Source: the human T2T-CHM13v2.0 reference genome, Homo sapiens
Reading direction: 5' to 3'
Assembly (NCBI GenBank): GCA_009914755.4
Contig: CP086569.2
Coordinates: 28,800,001 to 28,864,000 of the forward strand
Length of the DNA: 64,000 nucleotides
Both the position numbers and the translations under genes were made by a program. Positions 1-12,248 of the stretch are shown piece by piece. Every line of letters starts with the position of its first letter. Within the stretch, counting starts at the first letter, position 1. The notes under the pieces were generated by a model. It was not told where the DNA came from. It was given only the letters and a program-made list of their open reading frames with translations, and ran no database searches.

Positions 1-364
1 TTCGATTGCATTCCATTCGATTGCATTCCATTCGAATCCTTTCCATTCCTTTCTATTCCATTCCATTTCATTCGATTTGATTCCATTCTGTTCTATTCCA
101 TTCAATTCTTTTTCATTCCATTCGAATCCTTTCTATTGCAGTCCATTCCATTCGAGTCCATTCCAATCCCTTCCATCCATTCCATTACAGTCCATTCCAA
201 TAGATTCCACTCCTTTGCCTTCCATTCGAATCCATTCCATTCTAGTCCATTCCATTTGAGTCAATTCCATTCCATTCCATTCTATTCCTTTCCAATCCAT
301 TCGATTCCATTCGATTCAATTCCATTTAATTCTCTTTCATTCTATTTTATTCCATGCCATTTGA
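1..364. repeat. Array 1 partial unit u0 (3' tail, B-type).
   Basis: The 77..259 peptide matches the B-type tail (IPFCS / NPFYC) seen at 4707 and 9461. Confidence 0.7.
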
Positions 365-399
365 TTGCATTGCATTCCATTCCGTTTGATTCCAGTCCA

Positions 400-412
400 T
401 TCAAGAAAGTTC
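400..412. promoter_or_regulatory. Perfect 3-unit heat-shock-element consensus TTCaaGAAagTTC (nTTCnnGAAnnTTCn), first copy. It recurs at the same offset in every HOR unit of both arrays (e.g. 2777, 5153, ... 32457).
   Basis: Read directly: ccattcaagaaagttccattcc. HSat3/SatIII arrays are established HSF1 targets, but function at this specific site is inference only. Confidence 0.3.
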
Positions 413-1405
413 CATTCCAGTCCATTGCTTTCGAGTCCATTCCATTCCACTGTAGTCTATTCCACTCCATTCCTTTCCATTCCATTCCATACTATTCCAT
501 TCCATTCCTTTGCATTCCGTTTCCAATCTATTCGAGTCCATTACATTCCAGTCCAATCCATTCGATTACATTCCTCTTGATTCCCTGCCAGTCGATTGCA
601 TTGCATACTAGACCATTCCAAAGGAGTCCATTCCATTCTATTTCAACACTTTCCATTCCACTCTGTTCGAGCCCATTCCATTCCAGTCCATTTAATTCAA
701 GGGCATTCCATTCCATTCCATTCCATTTCATATTATTCTATTCCATTCAATTCCATTCCAGATGATTCCGTTCCATTCTATACCATTGCTCTCTGTTCCA
801 TTCCATTCCATCTGTCTCCATTCCTTTCGTTTCGATTCCTTTCCATTCCATTCCATTACATTTGATCCTATTTTATTAAATAGCATTCTATTCGAGTGAT
901 TTCCATTCGAGTCCTTTCCATTCGATTCCATTCCATTCTATTCCATTCCTTTGGATTCCATTCCATTCCGTTCCGTTCACATCAATTCCTTGCGATTCCA
1001 TTACATTCGATTTCTTGCCATTCGATTCCATTCCTTTTGACTCCATTTCATTCGATTCCATTCCATTCCATTAATTTCCATTCCATTCGAGACCTTTCCA
1101 TTGCAGTCTTTTCCCTTCGAGTCCATTCCGTTCGATTCCCTTCCATTGGAGTCCGTACCAGTCTAGTCCATTCTATTCCAGTCCATTAGTTTCGACTCCA
1201 TTGCATTCGAGTGCATTCCATTTCGTGGCTGTCCATTTCATTCCGTTTGATGCCATTCCATACGATTCCATTCAATTCGAGACCATTCTATTCCTGTCCA
1301 TTCCTTGTGGTTCGATTCCATTTTACTCTAGTCCATTCCATTCCATTGAATTCCATTCGACTCTATTCCGTTCCATTCAATTCCATTCCATTCGATTCCA
1401 TTTTT

Positions 1406-1418
1406 TTCGAGAACCTTC
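1406..1418. promoter_or_regulatory. Second perfect HSE-consensus TTCgaGAAccTTC, once per array-1 HOR (tttttttcgagaaccttcc). In array 2 it is degraded to TTGgaGAAccTTC or GAActTTC.
   Basis: Read directly at 1401-1420, with periodic recurrence at +2377. A 2-unit GAAatTTC also occurs at 1870-1877. Confidence 0.25.
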
Positions 1419-2741
1419 CATTACACTCCCTTCCATTCCAGTGCATTCCATTCCAGTCTCTTCAGTTCTATTCCATTCCATTCGTTTCGATTCCATTCCA
1501 CTCCAGCCCATTCCATTCCATTCCATTCCTTTCTTTCCGTTTCATTAGATTCCATTGCATTCAATTCCATTCAATTCAATTCCGTGCTATTCAATTTGAT
1601 TCCTTTCCATTTAATTCCATAGCATTAGATTCCATTCCGTTCGATTCCATTCCATTTGATGCCATTCCATTTGATGCCATTCCGTGACATTCCATTCCAT
1701 TCGAGTCCATTCCGTTCCAATTCATTCCATTCCGTTTCATGAAATTCGAGTCCTTTCCAGTACATTTCATTCCAATCCCATCCAGTCCAATCTATTCCAT
1801 TCAATTCCTTTCCCTTCCATTTGATTATATTCCATTGATTTGATTCCATTCAGTTTGATTCCATTCCGTGAAATTTCGTTCCATTCTATTCCATTGCATT
1901 ACTTTCCATTCAATTCCATTCCATTTCATTTCAGTCCATTCGCTTCCTTTCCTTTCGATTCAATTCCATTTGATTCCACTCCATTCTATGCGATTTCATT
2001 CCAATCGATTCAATTCCATTCGATGACATTCCTTTCGTTTCCATTCCATTCGAGTCCATTCAATTTGAGCATTCGTGTCCATTCTATTCGAGTCCATTCC
2101 ATTACCGTCTATTCTATTCCCTTCCATTCCTGTTGATTCAATTTCATTCCGTTCCATTCGATTCCTTTCCATTCGATTCCATTCCTTTCCATTCCATTCC
2201 ATTCGTTCCCATTCCATGTGATTTCATTCCATTCCAGTCCATTATATTCGAGTCCACTCCACTCCATTCTATTACATTCAATTCCTCATGAGTCCGTTCC
2301 ATAACACTCCATGCATTTCGATTCCATTTCTTGCCAGTTTTCTTCCATTTTATTCCATTCCGTTCGATTCCATTCCATTCGATTGCATTCCATTCGATTG
2401 CATACCATTCGAATCCTTTCCATTCCTTTCTATTCCATTCCATTTCATTCGATTTGATTCCATTGTGTTCTATTCCATTCAATTCTTTTTCATTCCATTC
2501 GAATCGTTTCTATTGCAGTCCATTCCATTCGAGTCCATTCCAATCCCTTCCATCCATTCCATTACAGTCCATTCCAATAGATTCCACTCCTTTGCCTTCC
2601 ATTCGAATCCATTCCATTCTAGTCCATTCCATTTGAGTCAATTCCATTCCATTCCATTCTATTCCTTTCCAATCCATTCGATTCCATTCGATTCAATTCC
2701 ATTTGATTCTCTTTCATTCTATTTTATTCCATGCCATTTGA

Positions 2742-5117
2742 TTGCATTGCATTCCATTCCGTTTGATTCCAGTCCATTCAAGAAAGTTCCATTCCAGTCC
2801 ATTGCTTTCGAGTCCATTCCATTCCACTCTAGTCTATTCCACTCCATTCCTTTCCATTCCATTCCATACTATTCCATTCCATTCCTTTGCATTCCGTTTC
2901 CAATCTATTCGAGTCCATTACATTCCAGTCCAATCCATTCGATTACATTCCTCTTGATTCCCTGCCAGTCGATTGCATTGCATACTAGACCATTCCAAAG
3001 GAGTCCATTCCATTCTATTTCAACACTTTCCATTCCACTCTGTTCGAGTCCATTCCATTCCAGTCCATTTAATTCAAGGGCATTCCATTCCATTCCATTC
3101 CATTTCATATTATTCTATTCCATTCAATTCCATTCCAGATGATTCCATTCCATTCTATACCATTGCTCTCTGTTCCATTCCATTCCATCTGTCTCCATTC
3201 CTTTCGTTTCGATTCCTTTCCATTCCATTCCATTACATTTGATCCTATTTTATTAAATTGCATTCTATTCGAGTGATTTCCATTCGAGTCCTTTCCATTC
3301 GATTCCATTCCATTCTATTCCATTCCTTTGGATTCCATTCCATTCCGTTCCGTTCATATCAATTCCTTGCCATTCCATTACATTCGATTTCTTGCCATTC
3401 GATTCCATTCCTTTTGACTCCATTTCATTCGATTCCATTCCATTCCATTAATTTCCATTCCATTCGAGACATTTCCATTGCAGTCTTTCCCTTCGAGTCC
3501 ATTCCGTTCGATTCCCTTCCATTGGAGTCCGTACCAGTCTAGTCCATTCTATTCCAGTCCATTAGTTTCGACTCCATTGCATTCGAGTGCATTCCATTCC
3601 GTGGCTGTCCATTGCATTCCGTTTGATGTCATTCCATACGATTCCATTCAATTCGAGACCATTCTATTCCTGTCCATTCCTTGTGGTTCGATTCCATTTT
3701 ACTCTAGTCCATTCCATTCCATTGAATTCCATTCGACTCTATTCCGTTCCATTCAATTCCATTCCATTCGATTCCATTTTTTTCGAGAACCTTCCATTAC
3801 ACTCCCTTCCATTCCAGTGCATTCCATTCCAGTCTCTTCAGTTCTATTCCATTCCATTCGTTTCGATTCCATTCCACTCCAGCCCATTCCATTCCATTCC
3901 ATTCCTTTCTTTCCGTTTCATTAGATTCCATTGCATTCAATTCCATTCAATTCAATTCCGTGCTATTCAATTTGATTCCTTTCCATTTAATTCCATAGCA
4001 TTAGATTCCATTCCGTTCGATTCCATTCCATTTGATGCCATTCCATTTGATGCCATTCCGTGACATTCCATTCCATTCGAGTCCATTCCGTTCCAATTCA
4101 TTCCATTCCGTTTCATGAAATTCGAGTCCTTTCCAGTACATTTCATTCCAATCCCATCCAATCCAATCTATTCCATTCAATTCCTTTCCCTTCCATTTGA
4201 TTATATTCCATTGATTTGATTCCATTCAGTTTGATTCCATTCCGTGAAATTTCGTTCCATTCTATTCCATTGCATTACTTTCCATTCAATTCCATTCCAT
4301 TTCATTTCTGTCCATTCGCTTCCTTTCCTTTCGATTCAATTCCATTTGATTCCACTCCATTCTATGCGATTTCATTGCAATCGATTCAATTCCATTCGAT
4401 GACATTCCTTTCGTTTCCATTCCATTAGAGTCCATTCAATTTGAGCATTCGTGTCCATTCTATTCGAGTCCATTCCATTACCGTCTATTCTATTCCCTTC
4501 CATTCCTGTTGATTCAATTTCATTCCCTTCCATTCGATTCCTTTCCATTCGATTCCATTCCTTTCCATTCCATTCCATTCGTTCCCATTCCATGTGATTT
4601 CATTCCATTCCAGTGCATTATATTCGAGTCCACTCCACTCCATTCTATTACATTCAATTCCTCATGAGTCCGTTCCATAACACTCCCTGCATTTCGATTC
4701 CATTTCTTGCCAGTTTTCTTCCATTTTATTGCATTCCGTTCGATTCCATTCCATTCGATTGCATTCCATTCGATTGCATTCCATTCGAATCCTTTCCATT
4801 CCTTTCTATTCCATTCCATTTCATTCGATTTGATTCCATTCTGTTCTATTCCATTCAATTCTTTTTCATTCCATTCGAATCCTTTCTATTGCAGTCCATT
4901 CCATTCGAGTCCATTCCAATCCCTTCCATCCATTCCATTACAGTCCATTCCAATAGATTCCACTCCTTTGCCTTCCATTCGAATCCATTCCATTCTAGTC
5001 CATTCCATTTGAGTCAATTCCATTCCATTCCATTCTATTCCTTTCCAATCCATTCGATTCCATTCGATTCAATTCCATTTAATTCTCTTTCATTCTATTT
5101 TATTCCATGCCATTTGA
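2742..5117. repeat. Array 1 HOR unit u2 (2376 bp, subtype B).
   Basis: 'IGWDWN' peptide at 4001, MDGIGMKCTGK at 3967, 70-aa truncated MIPFSL (cattagagtcc stop variant at ~4431), 301-aa MHYIRVHS peptide (gtgcat variant) at 4613, Q/N-type MNGIEQNGIK. Confidence 0.8.
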
Positions 5118-7494
5118 TTGCATTGCATTCCATTCCGTTTGATTCCAGTCCATTCAAGAAAGTTCCATTCCAGTCCATTGCTTTCGAGTCCATTCCATTC
5201 CACTCTAGTCTATTCCACTCCATTCCTTTCCATTCCATTCCATACTATTCCATTCCATTCCTTTGCATTCCGTTTCCAATCTATTCGAGTCCATTACATT
5301 CCAGTCCAATCCATTCGATTACATTCCTCTTGATTCCCTGCCAGTCGATTGCATTGCATACTAGACCATTCCAAAGGAGTCCATTCCATTCTATTTCAAC
5401 ACTTTCCATTCCACTCTGTTCGAGTCCATTCCATTCCAGTCCATTTAATTCAAGGGCATTCCATTCCATTCCATTCCATTTCATATTATTCTATTCCATT
5501 CAATTCCATTCCAGATGATTCCATTCCATTCTATACCATTGCTCTCTGTTCCATTCCATTCCATCTGTCTCCATTCCTTTCGTTTCGATTCCTTTCCATT
5601 CCATTCCATTACATTTGATCCTATTTTATTAAATTGCATTCTATTCGAGTGATTTCCATTCGAGTCCTTTCCATTCGATTCCATTCCATTCTATTCCATT
5701 CCTTTGGATTCCATTCCATTCCGTTCCGTTCATATCAATTCCTTGCCATTCCATTACATTCGATTTCTTGCCATTCGATTCCATTCCTTTTGACTCCATT
5801 TCATTCGATTCCATTCCATTCCATTAATTTCCATTCCATTCGAGACCTTTCCATTGCAGTCTTTTCCCTTCGAGTCCATTCCGTTCGATTCCCTTCCATT
5901 GGAGTCCGTACCAGTCGAGTCCATTCTATTCCAGTCCATTAGTTTCGACTCCATTGCATTCGAGTGCATTCCATTCCGTGGCTGTCCATTGCATTCCGTT
6001 TGATGCCATTCCATATGATTCCATTCAATTCGAGACCATTCTATTCCTGTCCATTCCTTGTGGTTCGATTCCATTTTACTCTAGTCCATTCCATTCCATT
6101 GAATTCCATTCGACTCTATTCCGTTCCATTCAATTCCATTCCATTCGATTCCATTTTTTTCGAGAACCTTCCATTACACTCCCTTCCATTCCAGTGCATT
6201 CCATTCCAGTCTCTTCAGTTCTATTCCATTCCATTCGTTTCGATTCCATTCCACTCCAGCCCATTCCATTCCATTCCATTCCTTTCTTTCCGTTTCATTA
6301 GATTCCATTGCATTCAATTCCATTCAATTCAATTCCGTGCTATTCAATTTGATTCCTTTCCATTTAATTCCATAGCATTAGATTCCATTCCGTTCGATTC
6401 CATTCCATTTGATGCCATTCCATTTGATGCCATTCCGTGACATTCCATTCCATTCGAGTCCATTCCGTTCCAATTCATTCCATTCCGTTTCATGAAATTC
6501 GAGTCCTTTCCAGTACATTTCATTCCAATCCCATCCAGTCCAATCTATTCCATTCAATTCCTTTCCCTTCCATTTGATTATATTCCATTGATTTGATTCC
6601 ATTCAGTTTGATTCCATTCCGTGAAATTTCGTTCCATTCTATTCCATTGCATTACTTTCCATTCAATTCCATTCCATTTCATTTCAGTCCATTCGCTTCC
6701 TTTCCTTTCGATTCAATTCCATTTGATTCCACTCCATTCTATGCGATTTCATTCCAATCGATTCAATTCCATTCGATGACATTCCTTTCGTTTCCATTCC
6801 ATTCGAGTCCATTCAATTTGAGCATTCGTGTCCATTCTATTCGAGTCCATTCCATTACCGTCTATTCTATTCCCTTCCATTCCTGTTGATTCAATTTCAT
6901 TCCCTTCCATTCAATTCCTTTCCATTCGATTCCATTCCTTTCCATTCCATTCCATTCGTTCCCATTCCATGTGATTTCATTCCATTCCAGTCCATTATAT
7001 TCGAGTCCACTCCACTCCATTCTATTACATTCAATTCCTCATGAGTCCGTTCCATAACACTCCATGCATTTCGATTCCATTTCTTGCCAGTTTTCTTCCA
7101 TTTTATTCCATTCCGTTCGATTCCATTCCATTCGATTGCATTCCATTCGATTGCATACCATTCGAATCCTTTCCATTCCTTTCTATTCCATTCCATTTCA
7201 TTCGATTTGATTCCATTGTGTTCTATTCCATTCAATTCTTTTTCATTCCATTCGAATCGTTTTTATTGCAGTCCATTCCATTCGAGTCCATTCCAATCCC
7301 TTCCATCCATTCCATTACAGTCCATTCCAATAGATTCCACTCCTTTGCCTTCCATTCGAATCCATTCCATTCTAGTCCATTCCATTTGAGTCAATTCCAT
7401 TCCATTCCATTCTATTCCTTTCCAATCCATTCGATTCCATTCGATTCAATTCCATTTGATTCTCTTTCATTCTATTTTATTCCATGCCATTTGA
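5118..7494. repeat. Array 1 HOR unit u3 (2377 bp, subtype A1).
   Basis: Same markers as u1: TGWDWN peptide at 6378, 98-aa peptide at 6593, H/Y type at 6897. Confidence 0.8.
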
Positions 7495-9871
7495 TTGCAT
7501 TGCATTCCATTCCGTTTGATTCCAGTCCATTCAAGAAAGTTCCATTCCAGTCCATTGCTTTCGAGTCCATTCCATTCCACTCTAGTCTATTCCACTCCAT
7601 TCCTTTCCATTCCATTCCATACTATTCCATTCCATTCCTTTGCATTCCGTTTCCAATCTATTCGAGTCCATTACATTCCAGTCCAATCCATTCGATTACA
7701 TTCCTCTTGATTCCCTGCCAGTCGATTGCATTGCATACTAGACCATTCCAAAGGAGTCCATTCCATTCTATTTCAACACTTTCCATTCCACTCTGTTCGA
7801 GTCCATTCCATTCCAGTCCATTTAATTCAAGGGCATTCCATTCCATTCCATTCCATTTCATATTATTCTATTCCATTCAATTCCATTCCAGATGATTCCA
7901 TTCCATTCTATACCATTGCTCTCTGTTCCATTCCATTCCATCTGTCTCCATTCCTTTCGTTTCGATTCCTTTCCATTCCATTCCATTACATTTGATCCTA
8001 TTTTATTAAATTGCATTCTATTCGAGTGATTTCCATTCGAGTCCTTTCCATTCGATTCCATTCCATTCTATTCCATTCCTTTGGATTCCATTCCATTCCG
8101 TTCCGTTCATATCAATTCCTTGCCATTCCATTACATTCGATTTCTTGCCATTCGATTCCATTCCTTTTGACTCCATTTCATTCGATTCCATTCCATTCCA
8201 TTAATTTCCATTCCATTCGAGACCTTTCCATTGCAGTCTTTTCCCTTCGAGTCCATTCCGTTCGATTCCCTTCCATTGGAGTCCGTACCAGTCTAGTCCA
8301 TTCTATTCCAGTCCATTAGTTTCGACTCCATTGCATTCGAGTGCATTCCATTCCGTGGCTGTCCATTGCATTCCGTTTGATGCCATTCCATATGATTCCA
8401 TTCAATTCGAGACCATTCTATTCCTGTCCATTCCTTGTGGTTCGATTCCATTTTACTCTAGTCCATTCCATTCCATTGAATTCCATTCGACTCTATTCCG
8501 TTCCATTCAATTCCATTCCATTCGATTCCATTTTTTTCGAGAACCTTCCATTACACTCCCTTCCATTCCAGTGCATTCCATTCCAGTCTCTTCAGTTCTA
8601 TTCCATTCCATTCGTTTCGATTCCATTCCACTCCAGCCCATTCCATTCCATTCCATTCCTTTCTTTCCGTTTCATTAGATTCCATTGCATTCAATTCCAT
8701 TCAAATCAATTCCGTGCTATTCAATTTGATTCCTTTCCATTTAATTCCATAGCATTAGATTCCATTCCGTTCGATTCCATTCCATTTGATGCCATTCCAT
8801 TTGATGCCATTCCGTGACATTCCATTCCATTCGAGTCCATTCCGTTCCAATTCATTCCATTCCGTTTCATGAAATTCGAGTCCTTTCCAGTACATTTCAT
8901 TCCAATCCCATCCAATCCAATCTATTCCATTCAATTCCTTTCCCTTCCATTTGATTATATTCCATTGATTTGATTCCATTCAGTTTGATTCCATTCCGTG
9001 AAATTTCGTTCCATTCTATTCCATTGCATTACTTTCCATTCAATTCCATTCCATTTCATTTCTGTCCATTCGCTTCCTTTCCTTTCGATTCAATTCCATT
9101 TGATTCCACTCCATTCTATGCGATTTCATTGCAATCGATTCAATTCCATTCGATGACATTCCTTTCGTTTCCATTCCATTAGAGTCCATTCAATTTGAGC
9201 ATTCGTGTCCATTCTATTCGAGTCCATTCCATTACCGTCTATTCTATTCCCTTCCATTCCTGTTGATTCAATTTCATTCCCTTCCATTCGATTCCTTTCC
9301 ATTCGATTCCATTCCTTTCCATTCCATTCCATTCGTTCCCATTCCATGTGATTTCATTCCATTCCAGTGCATTATATTCGAGTCCACTCCACTCCATTCT
9401 ATTACATTCAATTCCTCATGAGTCCGTTACATAACACTCCCTGCATTTCGATTCCATTTCTTGCCAGTTTTCTTCCAGTTTATTGCATTCCGTTCGATTC
9501 CATTCCATTCGATTGCATTCCATTCGATTGCATTCCATTCGAATCCTTTCCATTCCTTTCTATTCCATTCCATTTCATTCGATTTGATTCCATTCTGTTC
9601 TATTCCATTCAATTCTTTTTCATTCCATTCGAATCCTTTCTATTGCAGTCCATTCCATTCGAGTCCATTCCAATCCCTTCCATCCATTCCATTACAGTCC
9701 ATTCCAATAGATTCCACTCCTTTGCCTTCCATTCGAATCCATTCCATTCTAGTCCATTCCATTTGAGTCAATTCCATTCCATTCCATTCTATTCCTTTCC
9801 AATCCATTCGATTCCATTCGATTCAATTCCATTTAATTCTCTTTCATTCTATTTTATTCCATGCCATTTGA
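7495..9871. repeat. Array 1 HOR unit u4 (2377 bp, subtype B').
   Basis: B markers (8721, 8755, 8970 70-aa peptide, 9367 301-aa peptide) plus private variants (SPLH, LPVY in the 9367 peptide). Confidence 0.8.
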
Positions 9872-12248
9872 TTGCATTGCATTCCATTCCGTTTGATTCC
9901 AGTCCATTCAAGAAAGTTCCATTCCAGTCCATTGCTTTCGAGTCCATTCCATTCCACTCTAGTCTATTCCACTCCATTCCTTTCCATTCCATTCCATACT
10001 ATTCCATTCCATTCCTTTGCATTCCGTTTCCAATCTACTCGAGTCCATTACATTCCAGTCCAATCCATTCGATTACATTCCTCTTGATTCCCTGCCAGTC
10101 GATTGCATTGCATACTAGACCATTCCAAAGGAGTCCATTCCATTCTATTTCAACACTTTCCATTCCACTCTGTTCGAGTCCATTCCATTCCAGTCCATTT
10201 AATTCAAGGGCATTCCATTCCATTCCATTCCATTTCATATTATTCTATTCCATTCAATTCCATTCCAGATGATTCCATTCCATTCTATACCATTGCTCTC
10301 TGTTCCATTCCATTCCATCTGTCTCCATTCCTTTCGTTTCGATTCCTTTCCATTCCATTCCATTACATTTGATCCTATTTTATTAAATTGCATTCTATTC
10401 GAGTGATTTCCATTCGAGTCCTTTCCATTCGATTCCATTCCATTCTATTCCATTCCTTTGGATTCCATTCCATTCCGTTCCGTTCACATCAATTCCTTGC
10501 GATTCCATTACATTCGATTTCTTGCCATTCGATTCCATTCCTTTTGACTCCATTTCATTCGATTCCATTCCATTCCATTAATTTCCATTCCATTCGAGAC
10601 CTTTCCATTGCAGTCTTTTCCCTTCGAGTCCATTCCGTTCGATTCCCTTCCATTGGAGTCCGTACCAGTCGAGTCCATTCTATTCCAGTCCATTAGTTTC
10701 GACTCCATTGCATTCGAGTGCATTCCATTCCGTGGCTGTCCATTCCATTCCGTTTGATGCCATTCCATACGATTCCATTCAATTCGAGACCATTCTATTC
10801 CTGTCCATTCCTTGTGGTTCGATTCCATTTTACTCTAGTCCATTCCATTCCATTGAATTCCATTCGACTCTATTCCGTTCCATTCAATTCCATTCCATTC
10901 GATTCCATTTTTTTCGAGAACCTTCCATTACACTCCCTTCCATTCCAGTGCATTCCATTCCAGTCTATTCAGTTCTATTCCATTCCATTCGTTTCGATTC
11001 CATTCCTCTCCAGCCCATTCCATTCCATTCCATTCCTTTCTTTCCGTTTCATTAGATTCCATTGCATTCAATTCCATTCAATTCAATTCCGTGCTATTCA
11101 ATTTGATTCCTTTCCATTTAATTCCATAGCATTAGATTCCATTCCGTTCGATTCCATTCCATTTGATGCCATTCCATTTGATGTCATTCCGTGACATTCC
11201 ATTCCATTCGAGTCCATTCCGTTCCAATTCATTCCATTCCGTTTCATGAAATTCGAGTCCTCTCCAGTACATTTCATTCCAATCCCAACCAATCCAATCT
11301 ATTCCATTCAATTCCTTTCCCTTCCATTTGATTATATTCCATTGATTTGATTCCATTCAGTTTGATTCCATTCCGTGAAATTTCGTTCCATTCTATTCCA
11401 TTGCATTACTTTCCATTCAATTCCATTCCATTTCATTTCTGTCCATTCGCTTCCTTTCCTTTCGATTCAATTCCATTTGATTCCACTCCATTCTATGCGA
11501 TTTCATTGCAATCAATTCAATTCCATTCGATGACATTCCTTTCGTTTCCATTCCATTCGAGTCCATTCAATTTGAGCATTCGTATCCATTCTATTCGAGT
11601 CCATTCCATTACCGTCTATTCTATTCCCTTCCATTCCTGTTGATTCAATTTCATTCCCTTCCATTCAATTCCTTTCCATTCGATTCCATTCCTTTCCATT
11701 CCATTCCATTCGTTCCCATTCCATGTGATTTCATTCCATTCCAGTGCATTATATTTGAGTCCACTCCACTCCATTCTATTACATTCAATTCCTCATGAGT
11801 CCGTTCCATAACACTCCCTGCATTTCGATTCCATTTCTTGCCAGTTTTCTTCCATTTTATTGCATTCCGTTCGATTCCATTCCATTCGATTGCATTCCAT
11901 TCGATTGCATTCCATTCGAATCCTTTCCATTCCTTTCTATTCCATTCCATTTCATTCGATTTGATTCCATTCTGTTCTATTCCATTCAATTCTTTTTCAT
12001 TCCATTCGAATCCTTTCTATTGCAGTCCATTCCATTCGAGTCCATTCCAATCCCTTCCATCCATTCCATTACACTCCATTCCAATAGATTCCACTCCTTT
12101 GCCTTCCATTCGAATCCATTCCATTCTAGTCCATTCCATTTGAGTCAATTCCATTCCATTCCATTCTATTCCTTTCCAATCCATTCGATTCCATTCGATT
12201 CAATTCCATTTAATTCTCTTTCATTCTATTTTATTCCATGCCATTTGA
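9872..12248. repeat. Array 1 HOR unit u5 (2377 bp, subtype C, an A/B hybrid).
   Basis: MVGIGMKCTGE (11098) and MYWRG (11132) variants, 98-aa peptide (A-like) with a Q/N-type tail (B-like). Private CpG transitions: atcgatt -> atcaatt at ~11515 and tattcgag -> tatttgag at ~11753. Confidence 0.8.

Larger units (their letters stand above)
365..2741. repeat. Array 1 HOR unit u1 (2377 bp, subtype A1).
   Basis: ORF anchor at 365. Subtype markers: 'TGWDWN' minus-strand peptide at 1625, 98-aa MIPFSL peptide, 284-aa MSPFHNTPC peptide, H/Y-type MNGIEHNGIK. Confidence 0.8.

Noticed and set aside
1401-1407. Short T7 / A-rich tracts (tttttttcgag ~1401; ccatttttttgc ~30513) as possible poly-A tails or terminators.
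   Set aside because: They are 7 nt long, occur at fixed positions within every HOR copy, and are not preceded by any non-satellite sequence. They are simply diverged pentamers.
2288-3142. Long ORFs (up to 301 aa, e.g. 2288..3142, 4613..5518, 31997..32824) on both strands, which could be read as repeated protein-coding genes.
   Set aside because: The peptides are pure periodic translations of the pentamer (IPFHS / MEWNG with a few substitutions). They tile both strands at overlapping coordinates and recur once per HOR. They exist only because ATTCC/GGAAT lacks stop codons in every frame. There is no start-context, domain-like or compositional evidence for coding.
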